64,000 nt of DNA, taken from Candidatus Kaiserbacteria bacterium. GTDB taxonomy: Bacteria > Patescibacteriota > Minisyncoccia > Phycocordibacterales > UBA918. Below, one piece after another: positions 28,036 to 38,206 of the stretch. The stretch lies in contig JACQKD010000001.1 of the NCBI GenBank assembly GCA_016204695.1, positions 68,976 through 132,975 of the forward strand. The letters run 5' to 3'. The translations under genes and the position numbers were made by a program. The notes below the pieces were generated by a model, which made no database searches, had not been told where the DNA came from, and worked only from the letters and a program-made list of their open reading frames with translations. The number at the start of each line of letters is the position of its first letter. Positions within the stretch are counted from its first letter, which is position 1.

Positions 28036-28824
28036 GTGATGGGTAGTACTCTCACGCAATCGGCACAACAAACTCTCAAGTTTTTTGAGGAGTTTATTAG
28101 GAGAAAAGAGGTTGCTGATTTTATTAAGAAATATAGGGCATATCTCAACTTACCTCCGAGTGGTCTATCTCTCACTAAAGAGGATGAGAGGGAACTGAAA
28201 GAAGGTGTACTACCACATTTGTATATTCCAACAAGAGCCAGAGAAGCATATCCAAAAGATGAAAAAGAGAAACCGTTTAGGGTAGTAAACACCTGTCTGG
28301 CTTTTACGGGGCAACAAGGAGTCAAACTATGGAGTGTAGGGTTGATGCTATTGCATTACCTATTTTTTAATAGAATTACCGCTATACCAGTCAACTTTTT
28401 AGGTACCAATAGAGACGACTTGCTTCGGTTGGAGTATTTGCCAGACGAGCTTTTATGGTTTGATAATGAGGACCACTTTCTTCTCAAATGTATGTACGAA
28501 CATTTTGATGAGGTAAGCAAGACACATCCGGTTGTTTTATACATAAACCCCGAAGTATCCCAGCGACAAATACAGGATTTCCTTGCTAAAAATTGGGCGG
28601 AGATTGAGCAGTACAGAAAGGATGTAAAAAGCCCCATTACCGGTCCGAGAAAGAAAAATAAGCGCACACAGGAGCGCAATGATTTCATTTATGAGCACCG
28701 ACAACTGCCGAGAAAGGAGATAATGCATCTCCTCTATGATAAATATGGAGCCGAGCTTGATATTGATTACGGATACATCGGCAAGATAATCTCGTTGGAA
28801 AAAAAGAGGCGTGAAAAGAAGTGA
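28036..28824 (+). CDS. Hypothetical protein, possible C-terminal HTH
   Basis: 262-aa ORF; basic C-terminus (RNDFIYEH...RKEIMHLL...YGYIGKII). Confidence 0.7.
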   Translation: MMGSTLTQSAQQTLKFFEEFIRRKEVADFIKKYRAYLNLPPSGLSLTKEDERELKEGVLPHLYIPTRAREAYPKDEKEKPFRVVNTCLAFTGQQGVKLWSVGLMLLHYLFFNRITAIPVNFLGTNRDDLLRLEYLPDELLWFDNEDHFLLKCMYEHFDEVSKTHPVVLYINPEVSQRQIQDFLAKNWAEIEQYRKDVKSPITGPRKKNKRTQERNDFIYEHRQLPRKEIMHLLYDKYGAELDIDYGYIGKIISLEKKRREKK

Positions 28825-28903
28825 TTGCGGATACTTTCCGCAATCACTTATGTCTTATACAGACAGTTTTCTGACGGATAACCTGTAGTCGCACGCTACA
28901 GGT
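28819..28903. promoter_or_regulatory. Hairpin cluster upstream of the rep operon (candidate origin/regulatory site)
   Basis: AAGTGATTGCGGA-TACTT-TCCGCAATCACTT (28819-28849) and ACCTGTAG-N7-CTACAGGT (28881-28903). Confidence 0.45.
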
Positions 28904-28907
28904 TTTT

Positions 28908-29096
28908 ATGTTTTCAGAGCCAGAAAACGAGTACAAAACGATAAGCCAAGACACCGATATTGTCCGGCGGGTTTTTGATGACTTTGAGGCACGGAGCAAC
29001 TTTGTTGGCTTCTTTGACCTTGCGTTCAAAGTTGCAAAGCGAAACCCGACGCTGTGGGCGGATATTAGCGGACAAGCACAACCACGCCATGATTGA
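28908..29096 (+). CDS. Small hypothetical protein coupled to rep
   Basis: 62 aa; stop overlaps the rep start (ATGATTGA). Confidence 0.65.
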   Translation: MFSEPENEYKTISQDTDIVRRVFDDFEARSNFVGFFDLAFKVAKRNPTLWADISGQAQPRHD

Positions 29097-30219
29097 TACT
29101 GTCATCCTCTCTGTTCCAAGAGATAAAGTAATTACGCTTGACGAAACGGCGCGCGGGGTTGCGCCGTGGGACCTGCACGAACGGACGCAGTCCTATAGCG
29201 TCTATGTGAAAAATCCGTCAAGCAAGGACAAGGCAACGGGTCTGTCTTTTCCGCGTCTTACTGGCTGGCGCAGAAGAAACTATGGCGGCATAGGAGGATG
29301 GACATCAGTCCTAAAGATTGAGTTTTCTGTCGCAAAACTCCTCTATAAAAACAATGTGGACGAATTAGAGGATGGGCAATTTGCGCTCGTGGTTGATACT
29401 CTATTGGACCGATTGGACCGGATGGGTGTGCGAATACAGAGGCAGGATATTGAACTGGCAGAGGTACGCGCCGTGCATTACGCGAAAAACATTGAACTTA
29501 CCAGTGGGTACACCTCGCTCTATGCGCTTGGCGAGCTTGGAAAGGTGAATATCACTAAACGATTGGACATGACGAAAACGCGGTTTGTAAACGATGGCGA
29601 GAGTTTGTGCTTTTACGCCAAGTCGCACTCGGTCGTACTGTATGACAAGATAGCCGACTTGCGGAAAAACCAAAAACGGGCGGTAGACCTTGAGCAAACG
29701 GCGTACCAGATGAGTTTGTTTCCCTCACTCAACAATGTGCGCGAGATTTTGCGTCTTGAGGTCCGGTTGAGCGAAAAACGAAAAATGAGCAGTGTCTTTC
29801 AGAAGCTCGGTATACCAGAAAACCCGACTTTCAAGGATGTGTTCTGTGCCAAGAAAAGCCAGATGGTAGTGCGGCACTACTGGGATACGATGATTGAGGG
29901 CAACAGCTTACTCCTGTTCTCGCATTCGCTCACAGCAAAAGACCTGCTCAAGCAAATACTTATCGCACGACCAGACGCAAAGGCGACAAAGCCCATTTAT
30001 CTTGCCGGTCTCGTGCTTCTCGCCCGCGAGGGCAACGGCTTGCGCGAACTGCGGACAATTCTTGCGAAGCGAAGCAATGACCGGCTATGGTATCGGTTAC
30101 GGACTGACCTTGCGGACACAACGGCTGGGCTGGACAGATTGCGACCGCGTGAGTGGTATGACCAAGTGAAAGGGGCACTGGAGAGTTATCAACCTGTGCA
30201 TTTGCACTGTAAAGAATAG
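29089..30219 (+). CDS. Phage/plasmid replication protein (gpII/X, Rep_trans-like)
   Basis: MIDTV start, IEFSVAKLLYKNN, VHYAKN, VLYDK, LRLEVRL. Confidence 0.75.
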   Translation: MIDTVILSVPRDKVITLDETARGVAPWDLHERTQSYSVYVKNPSSKDKATGLSFPRLTGWRRRNYGGIGGWTSVLKIEFSVAKLLYKNNVDELEDGQFALVVDTLLDRLDRMGVRIQRQDIELAEVRAVHYAKNIELTSGYTSLYALGELGKVNITKRLDMTKTRFVNDGESLCFYAKSHSVVLYDKIADLRKNQKRAVDLEQTAYQMSLFPSLNNVREILRLEVRLSEKRKMSSVFQKLGIPENPTFKDVFCAKKSQMVVRHYWDTMIEGNSLLLFSHSLTAKDLLKQILIARPDAKATKPIYLAGLVLLAREGNGLRELRTILAKRSNDRLWYRLRTDLADTTAGLDRLRPREWYDQVKGALESYQPVHLHCKE

Positions 30220-30228
30220 TCAAGTATT

Positions 30229-30438
30229 ATGAGGGATGTAAACATGGTGCAAAGTATGAAAAAATCAAACAAGGAGTTTTATACGGCCCAAGAACTTGCC
30301 GACAAGCTGTCACTCAATGTGATGACCATTTATCGGTACATAGATAGGGGCACACTGAAAGCGTACAAAATTGGCAAGGAGTTTCGGATTGAGAAAGACG
30401 AGTTTGAGAAGTTTCTGAATAAGGCAAAAATAAAATAA
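30229..30438 (+). CDS. Excisionase-like HTH protein
   Basis: FYTAQELADKL...TIYRYI...LKAYKIGKEFRI. Confidence 0.9.
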   Translation: MRDVNMVQSMKKSNKEFYTAQELADKLSLNVMTIYRYIDRGTLKAYKIGKEFRIEKDEFEKFLNKAKIK

Positions 30439-30441
30439 TTT

Positions 30442-31989
30442 ATGGCATCACTCAATTTCAAAGGAAAGTCGGCGGTTTGGAACCATCACTTATCGGTCCC
30501 GTATCACACGCTTGACTTAGACGTAAAAAAGTCCCGCAAGGGCGCGGACAGCGACGAGAACCTTATCATCCACGGAGACAATTTGCTTGCGCTCAAGGCC
30601 CTATTACCCAAATACCAAGGCCGTATAAAGTGCATCTACATTGACCCGCCTTACAACACTGGGAACGAGAACTGGGTGTATAACGACAAGGTAAACAGTC
30701 CGCTTATCAAAGAGTGGCTAGGCAAGACAGTCGCCAAAGACGACCTCACCAAACATGACAAGTGGCTCTGCATGATGACTCCGCGTCTCAAGCTCCTGCG
30801 GGACCTACTTGCCGATGATGGCGTGATTTTTGTGAGCATTGACGATAACGAGCAAGCACACTTGAAAAATCTAATGGATGAAATTTTTGACGAGGGCAAC
30901 TTTATTGGTGAGTTAATTCACCAAAGGGCAAAGGGTGGTGGTCAAGCGAAACAAGTTGTAAAAGGGCATGATTATATCTGTGCCTACGCAAAAAACATTG
31001 ATAGTGGAATAGTTTTAAGGAGAGCCAAAGTTATCCAACAGGATGTTGTGGAAATAGATGGAAAGGAGTATTTGCGCGACGACGATGTTGTAAGAAAACA
31101 GTTTGGTAAATACGACAAATCTCTCGGAGACAGAAGGTGTTTTTATGAGGAATTAGAGAAATATAAGGGACCAACCAAGAAAAAAGAAATTGACGAAAAA
31201 ATAAAGACCGGCGAACTGGTTTTAGAAAAACATCGGAATGGCATGCGTCTGATTGTGAGGTACACATTATTAGACGAAACATCATCAAAGTTATACTCAA
31301 TAATCAAGGTGCTTTCCGAAGACGGAAAAGATGATTTAGCAGACTTGGGTATCCAAGGGTTTAATTATCCAAAACCAGTTGAACTAATTAGACAACTTAT
31401 TCAGTCCGTCATTCTCAACTCCAACACTAAAAATGAAATTATTTTAGATTCTTTTGCTGGTTCCGGCACCACCGCTCATGCGGTCATCAACCTCAATAAA
31501 GAGGATGGCGGCAACCGGAAGTTTATTTTAGTTGAGATGGAGGACTATGCCGACAAAATAACCGCAGAGCGCGTCCGGCGCGTGATTAAAAAAGACAAGC
31601 TCAAGACCGGCTTCTCGTTCTACAACCTCGGACCGGCCATTGATGCCGAAACGATATTGACTGGTAAGCTCCCAACCTACGAACAATTTGCCAAGTATGT
31701 GTTTTATCTTGCTACTGGCAAGAATCTGAAAGACGAAAAGAAAATAAAAGAGAAAGAGTATTTTGTTGGTAAAGATGGCAACGAGACAATCTACCTGCTC
31801 TACAAACAGGACCCAGAAGCCCTAAAAACGCTCGCCATTACGCTGGACTGGGCGCAGATGGCCCATGGTAAGCACGCCGATAAGAAAATCGTTTACGCGC
31901 CCGCGTGCTACTTGGACGAGGAATCGCTGGATAAGTTCAATATCCAGTTCGTAAGCATTCCCTATAACCTCTTTGAAAAGACAACCTAA
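30442..31989 (+). CDS. mod: Type III R-M methyltransferase (Mod)
   Basis: IHGDNL, IYIDPPYNTG, PKPVELI, LDSFAGSGTT. Confidence 0.92.
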   Translation: MASLNFKGKSAVWNHHLSVPYHTLDLDVKKSRKGADSDENLIIHGDNLLALKALLPKYQGRIKCIYIDPPYNTGNENWVYNDKVNSPLIKEWLGKTVAKDDLTKHDKWLCMMTPRLKLLRDLLADDGVIFVSIDDNEQAHLKNLMDEIFDEGNFIGELIHQRAKGGGQAKQVVKGHDYICAYAKNIDSGIVLRRAKVIQQDVVEIDGKEYLRDDDVVRKQFGKYDKSLGDRRCFYEELEKYKGPTKKKEIDEKIKTGELVLEKHRNGMRLIVRYTLLDETSSKLYSIIKVLSEDGKDDLADLGIQGFNYPKPVELIRQLIQSVILNSNTKNEIILDSFAGSGTTAHAVINLNKEDGGNRKFILVEMEDYADKITAERVRRVIKKDKLKTGFSFYNLGPAIDAETILTGKLPTYEQFAKYVFYLATGKNLKDEKKIKEKEYFVGKDGNETIYLLYKQDPEALKTLAITLDWAQMAHGKHADKKIVYAPACYLDEESLDKFNIQFVSIPYNLFEKTT

Positions 31990-31991
31990 CT

Positions 31992-34478
31992 ATGCTCAAG
32001 GACTATCAAGTGGATGTGGTCAACAAGGTCAAGGACTTTTTCGATACGCTAGATACCAAGCGCGCGACATTTGAAAATCTGCCAAACGACATAAAAGCCA
32101 GTCTTGGTACTGACTACTTATCGTTTGCATTTACCGGTACTCCCTACGCACAATTTGCGGACCGGCCGCGTTCGGGCGCAGGCGCGCTCTACCCGCGCGT
32201 GTGCATCAAAATGCCGACCGGCGGCGGCAAGACATTGATAGCGATTGAAACCATCCGCGCCTATCAAAACATTTTCGCAAAGCGCAAAACCGGTCTCGTG
32301 GTCTGGATAACACACCGCGAGCAAATATACCGCCAGACGATTGAAAACTTGCAAAACAAGAGCCATATCTACCGACAACTTTTGGACCAAGCGAGCGGCA
32401 ACCGCACCATCATCCTTGAGAAAGGCCAGCCGATACGCGAGCAGGATGTACGGGAAAACCTTGTTGTGCTAATGCTGATGATTCAATCGGCCGCCAGAGA
32501 CACGAATAAAATCTTTGAGGATAGCGGCGGATACACGGACTTTTTTCCTACGGATAATCGCTATGACTTACATAAAAAATTGATTGAGGCCGTTCCGAAC
32601 CTTGATAAAACACCGGAGAGCTTGTGGGACCAGATGCAAGTGAAAACGAGCTTGGGCAATGTGGTACGCACGCTCTCTCCGCTCATCATCGTGGACGAGT
32701 TTCATACTATGTTTACCGACAATGCACGGGCAACACTGGACGGACTCAATCCGAGCGTGATTGTCGGGCTGTCGGCGACTCCGAAGCGAGAAATGAATCT
32801 GCTCGTCAATATAACTGGCCAGCAGTTGAAAGCCGCAGAAATGATAAAGCTAGACATGCACCTCTTTGCGCCAACGCAAAACGGCGATTGGCGAGGGATG
32901 CTGGCGGGTATCAAGCAAAAGCGCGACCAGCTTGAGCGCAAGGCGCGGAAACTAGAACAGAACCAAGGCGCGTACATCCGACCGATTGCGCTTATCCAAG
33001 TGGAGCGCACCGGCCGAGACCAACGAGGGCGGGGATTGGTCCATAGCGAAGATGTCCGTGAGCATCTGGTGAGCTTGGGCGTACCGAGGCACGAGATAGC
33101 AGTCAAATCAAGCTCGTTGGACGAGATAAAACAGCAGAAGCTCCTCTCCAAAGAGAGCGAGGTGCGATATATCATCACGAGAGAGGCATTAAAAGAGGGT
33201 TGGGACTGCTCATTTGCCTACATTCTCGGCGTGATACCGAACGCGCGCAATAATTCGTCCATGACGCAACTAGTCGGTCGTGTTCTGCGCCAACCCTACG
33301 CGAAGAAAACCGGCGTTGCCGAACTAGACGAGAGTTACATCTACTTTGCGAGCGGACACACGCAGGAAGCGTTGGAGCGAGTGAAAAAGGGTTTTGACGA
33401 GGAAGGGTTAGGTGATGTCTCCGGCGGCATCCAAACGCTAGATAAGCGAGGACAAGTCGTGTCTGCGCCACGGGTAGTAAGAATCAAAAAAGATATTCTC
33501 AAGGATTATCCAGAATCGCTCTTTTTGCCGGTGTGGTTGATGAAACAGGGCACGACATATCGCCGCTTTGTGTATGAGGTTGATATAAAACCTGCTATTC
33601 GTTGGCAAGATGTCGTGCTTGAGGATTGGATGTCGCACATCATGCCATCCATCGGAACGACCCGCAGACGACAGACAGAAGTGATAGTAGGGCTGGAACC
33701 CGAAACGACAGCTCGGCAGTCAGAAGTGGACGAGGCCACAACCTTTGATGTGTTGTATCTGGCACGCCGACTCTACGAGACGATTGAAAATGCGTTTATT
33801 GCTTATGACATGGCCGCACAAGTGGTTGCCGCCTTGAGTGGACAGGTATCACAAGAATGGCTGGACCGAGATGCCGGATATATTGCGAGAGAGCTGGAAA
33901 TGCACCTCTTGACGCATCGCAAGACGGCAGAAAACACGATATTCAGTGAGCTGATGGAAAGCGGGCAGTTATGCCTTGCTGTGTCGGATGATGATGATTT
34001 GGGATTCACTATGCCGCGTACCGATGTAGTTGAAAACAATATCCGCTCGGCCTACGGCCTGACGCTGTACGAAGATGTTGATGTCGGCTCACTCAATCTG
34101 CTAGAACGAGAAGTGGCGCGCATTATTGAGGCCAGCCCGAAAGTGCTTTGGTGGGCGCGCAATAAGGTAGCGAGGGAATGGTATGCGATACAGGGCTGGC
34201 AGAGGGGCAAAGTGCGGCCGGACTTTATCATTGCGCGGAAAGATAAGAATGACGAGCTTGAGTTTGTGTATGTGGTTGAGAGCAAGGGCGAGCATTTGAT
34301 TGGCAACGCGGACACACAGTACAAGGACGAGGTTTTTGAACGGATGAATAACATGCGGGGTAAGATTAAAAAGTTACTGTTTCGCACCACGACAGTCCGG
34401 CTCAACGACCGTTTCGAGTTTGAGTTATTGCCGCAAAACGAGGAGGAGTTGCGATTACGCACTAAATTGAATGCATAA
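31992..34478 (+). CDS. res: Type III R-M restriction subunit (Res)
   Basis: MPTGGGKT, DEFH, SAT, EGWD, QLVGRVLR; C-terminal PDF...ESKG nuclease. Confidence 0.9.
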   Translation: MLKDYQVDVVNKVKDFFDTLDTKRATFENLPNDIKASLGTDYLSFAFTGTPYAQFADRPRSGAGALYPRVCIKMPTGGGKTLIAIETIRAYQNIFAKRKTGLVVWITHREQIYRQTIENLQNKSHIYRQLLDQASGNRTIILEKGQPIREQDVRENLVVLMLMIQSAARDTNKIFEDSGGYTDFFPTDNRYDLHKKLIEAVPNLDKTPESLWDQMQVKTSLGNVVRTLSPLIIVDEFHTMFTDNARATLDGLNPSVIVGLSATPKREMNLLVNITGQQLKAAEMIKLDMHLFAPTQNGDWRGMLAGIKQKRDQLERKARKLEQNQGAYIRPIALIQVERTGRDQRGRGLVHSEDVREHLVSLGVPRHEIAVKSSSLDEIKQQKLLSKESEVRYIITREALKEGWDCSFAYILGVIPNARNNSSMTQLVGRVLRQPYAKKTGVAELDESYIYFASGHTQEALERVKKGFDEEGLGDVSGGIQTLDKRGQVVSAPRVVRIKKDILKDYPESLFLPVWLMKQGTTYRRFVYEVDIKPAIRWQDVVLEDWMSHIMPSIGTTRRRQTEVIVGLEPETTARQSEVDEATTFDVLYLARRLYETIENAFIAYDMAAQVVAALSGQVSQEWLDRDAGYIARELEMHLLTHRKTAENTIFSELMESGQLCLAVSDDDDLGFTMPRTDVVENNIRSAYGLTLYEDVDVGSLNLLEREVARIIEASPKVLWWARNKVAREWYAIQGWQRGKVRPDFIIARKDKNDELEFVYVVESKGEHLIGNADTQYKDEVFERMNNMRGKIKKLLFRTTTVRLNDRFEFELLPQNEEELRLRTKLNA

Positions 34479-34485
34479 CAACACT

Positions 34486-36009
34486 ATGAAAGCAGTCATT
34501 TTAGCGAGAGTATCAACCGAGGAGCAGAAAGATGCGGGCAATTCTCTGCCAGCGCAGATTGAGCGTATAAAGGCGTATTGTGCGCGCAGGGGGCTTGAGG
34601 TAGCGGAGACATTTAGCTTTGACGAGAGTGCGTATAAAACAAAACGGGACGAGTTTGATAAAATCCTCTCTTTTGTAAACGAGTCAAAAGAGAAAATCGC
34701 CATTTGTTTTGACAAGGTAGACCGGTTGTCCCGCAACATCTTTGATAAGCGGGTTGCCCTGTTGTACGAAAAAGCAGTTGCCGATGAGATAGAGTTACAC
34801 TTTGTCTCGGATGGGCAAGTCATCAATAATGCGATGAATGCGGGCGACAAGTTTCGTTTTGGAATGCAACTCGGGCTTTCCAAATACTACTCGGACGCGA
34901 TTAGCGACAATGTGAAGCGGGCGTTTGAGCAGAAGCGGCGCAACGGCGAGTGGACTGGTCCGGTGCGTATTGGGTACAAAAATGTCTCGCTGGATAGCGA
35001 GAAGCGATTGCGGAAAGACATTATGCTTGACCCAGAGCGCGCGCCCTTGGTGAAGAAACTTTTTGAGCTTTACGCTATGGGTAATGATTCCATTACGACC
35101 TTGTGGCGCAAGATAACCGAGATGGGCCTTAAAAGTCCGAACGGCAATATGCTCGCGCGGAGCAATGTTGAGCTGATACTCAAGGACTCGTTCTATTACG
35201 GCACGGCTCACTCGCACAGATATGGACTCTACGAGCATCGCTACCCGCGTCTTATTTCAAGAGAACTATTTGAGAAGTGTCAAGAAGTGCGCCTTGGCAG
35301 GAGCTGGAAACGGTCAAAACTTGCCTCTGCGATGGAGTACATTTTCAAGGGATTGCTTACCTGCAAACGCTGTGGCTGTTTGATGACACCAGAAATAAAG
35401 AAGGGCAAGTTTATCTATTACTCGTGCACAAACGCCAAGGGGATATGTAAACGGCTCTATGTGCCGGAAAAAACGCTCCTAGAGCGCGTCCATGCTATTT
35501 TTAGCGATTTTGAAAGTATCCCGAGAGATGTGCAGGAACGGCTAGTTGACGAACTCCGCGCGCTCAATGAGAGCGAGAAGGACTATCATAATAAGCAACT
35601 GGTACGAGTGAGAGCTGAATACGACCGCGTGCAGAAGCGAGTCAATGCTCTGTTGGATATGCGTTTGGACCAGAGTATTACCCACGCCGACTATGACAAA
35701 AAACTACAAGAGCTCAAAGATGAGCAGTACCATTTGGACATAGAAGCCGAGGAGTATACCAAGGCCGACCACGAGTACCATATCCATGTAGGTACTGTGT
35801 TCAACCTTGCCCGCCGTATGAAAGACATTTTTGAGAGTTCTGAAATTGTGGAAAAACGCGCCTTTCTCAACTTCCTACTTCAGAACCCGACCGTATCGGG
35901 CAAAAACCTAGAGTTTACCTTGCGAAAACCTTTCAATCTGATACATGAACTCGCTCTCAATCCTAACTGGCTCCGCGGGCTGGATTCGAACCAGCGACCA
36001 ACGCTTTAA
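34486..36009 (+). CDS. Large serine recombinase (resolvase + recombinase + Zn ribbon)
   Basis: ARVST, DRLSR, CKRCG...YYSC; last codons WLRGLDSNQRPTL read antisense through the tRNA. Confidence 0.95.
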   Translation: MKAVILARVSTEEQKDAGNSLPAQIERIKAYCARRGLEVAETFSFDESAYKTKRDEFDKILSFVNESKEKIAICFDKVDRLSRNIFDKRVALLYEKAVADEIELHFVSDGQVINNAMNAGDKFRFGMQLGLSKYYSDAISDNVKRAFEQKRRNGEWTGPVRIGYKNVSLDSEKRLRKDIMLDPERAPLVKKLFELYAMGNDSITTLWRKITEMGLKSPNGNMLARSNVELILKDSFYYGTAHSHRYGLYEHRYPRLISRELFEKCQEVRLGRSWKRSKLASAMEYIFKGLLTCKRCGCLMTPEIKKGKFIYYSCTNAKGICKRLYVPEKTLLERVHAIFSDFESIPRDVQERLVDELRALNESEKDYHNKQLVRVRAEYDRVQKRVNALLDMRLDQSITHADYDKKLQELKDEQYHLDIEAEEYTKADHEYHIHVGTVFNLARRMKDIFESSEIVEKRAFLNFLLQNPTVSGKNLEFTLRKPFNLIHELALNPNWLRGLDSNQRPTL

Positions 36010-36042
36010 CAGAGCGCCGCTCTACCACTGAGCTACCGCGGA
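35968..36042 (-). tRNA. tRNA-Asn(GTT)
   Basis: TCCGCGGTAGCTCAGTGGTAGAGC...CTGTTAA...GGTTCGAATCC...CGCGGAGCCA. Confidence 0.96.
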
Positions 36043-36119
36043 ATGGGTTTGTTCTTTGAGAGAACACGGCCATTGTACCTGAAAAGCGTGCGGATTCAAC
36101 ATGGTATACTGACATTGGT

Positions 36120-36719
36120 ATGCGGACGGCATTCGGTATTTTCGCTCTCGTGGGTATCCTTGCGATGGTAGGTATGATCGTCGTTGTGCGTTATACACGT
36201 AGTACCGATCAGACGTCTTTTATTCGCCCAGCTAATACTTTCTCGCCTATGCTTACACTAACGAGTCCCGTGTTTGCGGAAGGGGGAACGATTCCTTCCC
36301 GCTGTACTTGCGAGGGGAAAAATATCAATCCGGAACTTCGCATCGAGGGTGTGCCGGAAGGCGCCGTCTCGCTCGCGCTTTTGATGGACGACCCCGACAT
36401 TCCGGAGTCGGTGAAACAATCGAGAGACATTGATGTGTTTGACCACTGGGTTGCTTTCAATATGCCTCCCGATACGGCGGTGATCGCCGAAGGCGCGACA
36501 CCGCCCGGCGTCGAAGGGAGAAACTCCGCCGGAGAGTCGGGGTATAAAGGGCCGTGTCCGCCGGACCGCGAGCATCGCTATTTTTTCAAGCTCTATGCAC
36601 TTGATCGCACGCTTGATCTCAACGCGTCGGCGACGAAAGCCGATGTGGAAAAAGCGATGGAGGGGCATGTTGTCGAAGAGACACAGCTTATGGGGGTGTA
36701 TGAGAAAGTGAATCCGTAG
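36120..36719 (+). CDS. YbhB/YbcL (PEBP) family protein
   Basis: DDPD, FDHW, GPCPP, HRYFF. Confidence 0.92.
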   Translation: MRTAFGIFALVGILAMVGMIVVVRYTRSTDQTSFIRPANTFSPMLTLTSPVFAEGGTIPSRCTCEGKNINPELRIEGVPEGAVSLALLMDDPDIPESVKQSRDIDVFDHWVAFNMPPDTAVIAEGATPPGVEGRNSAGESGYKGPCPPDREHRYFFKLYALDRTLDLNASATKADVEKAMEGHVVEETQLMGVYEKVNP

Positions 36720-36724
36720 GCGGT

Positions 36725-36946
36725 ATGTATGTGTATGTTCGTGTTACTCCGGGTGCGAAAAAAGAGCGAGTGGCGAAAGTCATGCCGGACCGCTTTGAAG
36801 TGGCGGTGCGGGAGCCGGCGGTGCGCAATCTGGCAAATACCCGGGTGCGCGAGCTCATCGCAGAAGTGTTCGAGGTCGGGGTGGGGGCGGTGCGGATTGT
36901 TTCGGGACATCGCTCTCCGACAAAAATTATAAGCGTAGACGTATAA
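36725..36946 (+). CDS. DUF167 (YggU-like) protein
   Basis: VRVTPGAK...EPAVRNLAN...IVSGHRSPTK. Confidence 0.88.
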   Translation: MYVYVRVTPGAKKERVAKVMPDRFEVAVREPAVRNLANTRVRELIAEVFEVGVGAVRIVSGHRSPTKIISVDV

Positions 36947-36955
36947 GTATTTCGT

Positions 36956-37330
36956 ATGAACACGTTTCCATCGTTTAATCTGAAGACGACCAATTTTGAA
37001 CAGACGCCGATTATTGAAGATGTGCTCGGGAAGCGGCTCGGGACGCTCGAAAAATTCTTGCCCGACGGCGAGACGATGCTTGTCTGTGAGGTGGAGCTGG
37101 AGAAGCTCGCCGGACAGCAGACGGGCAAAATTTTTCGAGCGGAAATCAACCTGCAGGTCGGCGGCACGCTCCTGCGTGCGGAGGCGACTGCCGAGCGGAT
37201 GGAAGACGCGATTGAACAGATGAAGAATGAATTGAAATCAGAGCTTGTAAAAGCGGGCGGCAAGAAGCACAGCGTCTTCAAGCGCGGCGCAAAAAAACTC
37301 AAGGAGATGTTGCTGTTCGGCGGAGAATAA
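36956..37330 (+). CDS. hpf: Ribosome hibernation promoting factor (short HPF/RaiA)
   Basis: FRAEINL...LRAEA...MEDAIE fold pattern. Confidence 0.8.
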   Translation: MNTFPSFNLKTTNFEQTPIIEDVLGKRLGTLEKFLPDGETMLVCEVELEKLAGQQTGKIFRAEINLQVGGTLLRAEATAERMEDAIEQMKNELKSELVKAGGKKHSVFKRGAKKLKEMLLFGGE

Positions 37331-37342
37331 ACACTTTTCCGG

Positions 37343-38206
37343 TTATTCGCCGCGAAGGAAATCTTCGTAGTTCATCTCTTTTTTCCCTTCGGGGATGACG
37401 CGGAGGATGCGGAGGGAGCCGTCGGGGGCGAGGTCTGCGTCGGTGACTTTTACGCGCAGTTGTTTTCCATTCCGTTCGTGCATGAAATAGGTGCCGGGCC
37501 AGCCGTCGTAGGCGCGGATTTTGAGGAGGTTTTGGTACGGGTCGTCCGCGAGGTCGAGACGGCCGTCCTCTTTCTCGATTTTTTTGGAAAATGTCGCTTG
37601 TGCGTGGTCTTGTTGTTCCGGTGTGATTGTGCCGTCGAGCCAGAGGGGGACGGTTTCTGCGAGAAGCTGGCCGCCCGCGTGCGCAAGAAGCGCTTCGAGC
37701 ATGGTTGCGCGCATGGGCCAATCTTCGGGCGCGATTTCGATGCGTGCTTGTGCGAGGATCGGTCCATGATCGACTTCCTGATCCATCAGCATGACGGAGA
37801 CGCCCGTCTCTCGCGCATCAGTGAGAATCGCCGTGCGTATGGGGCTCGGACCGCGGAGCAGGGGCAGGAGCGACGGGTGGACGTTGAGCGTGCCGTGCTT
37901 GGGGAGCGCGAGCAGACGTTTCGGCAGAATCTTGCCGTATGACGCGACGATAAACAGGTCCCAATCGGTGTTGAGAAGCGGCGCGACCTGGTCTTCGTCT
38001 TTGAGCGATGTCGGCTGGAGCGCAGGAACGCCGTGCGCCTCGGCCCATGCTTTGGCTTCGGGCGGCGTCAGGATATGCTTGCGACCTTTCGGTACGTCCG
38101 GTCCGGTGACGACAAGCGACGGCATGAGGCCGGCTGACGCAAGCTCATCAAGTACGCCGCCGGCAAGCGGCTCCGAACCGAAGAAAACCATTGATACTGA
38201 TTTCAT
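37343..38206 (-). CDS. fmt: Methionyl-tRNA formyltransferase
   Basis: ASYGKIL, NVHPSLLP, DHGPI. Confidence 0.95.
   Translation of the reverse strand: MKSVSMVFFGSEPLAGGVLDELASAGLMPSLVVTGPDVPKGRKHILTPPEAKAWAEAHGVPALQPTSLKDEDQVAPLLNTDWDLFIVASYGKILPKRLLALPKHGTLNVHPSLLPLLRGPSPIRTAILTDARETGVSVMLMDQEVDHGPILAQARIEIAPEDWPMRATMLEALLAHAGGQLLAETVPLWLDGTITPEQQDHAQATFSKKIEKEDGRLDLADDPYQNLLKIRAYDGWPGTYFMHERNGKQLRVKVTDADLAPDGSLRILRVIPEGKKEMNYEDFLRGE

Larger units (their letters stand above)
26916..35974. mobile_element. tRNA-Asn-integrated element (~9.05 kb): Rep, Xis-like HTH, type III R-M, serine recombinase
   Basis: Bounded by TGGCTCC (26916-26922 and 35968-35974, the tRNA 3' end); recombinase runs into the tRNA; lower GC and altered codon usage. 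Confidence 0.8.

Noticed and set aside
30442-31989. Phase-variable mod gene
   Set aside because: No simple sequence repeat tract; the frame is intact. The AT-rich middle fits an ordinary variable target-recognition domain.
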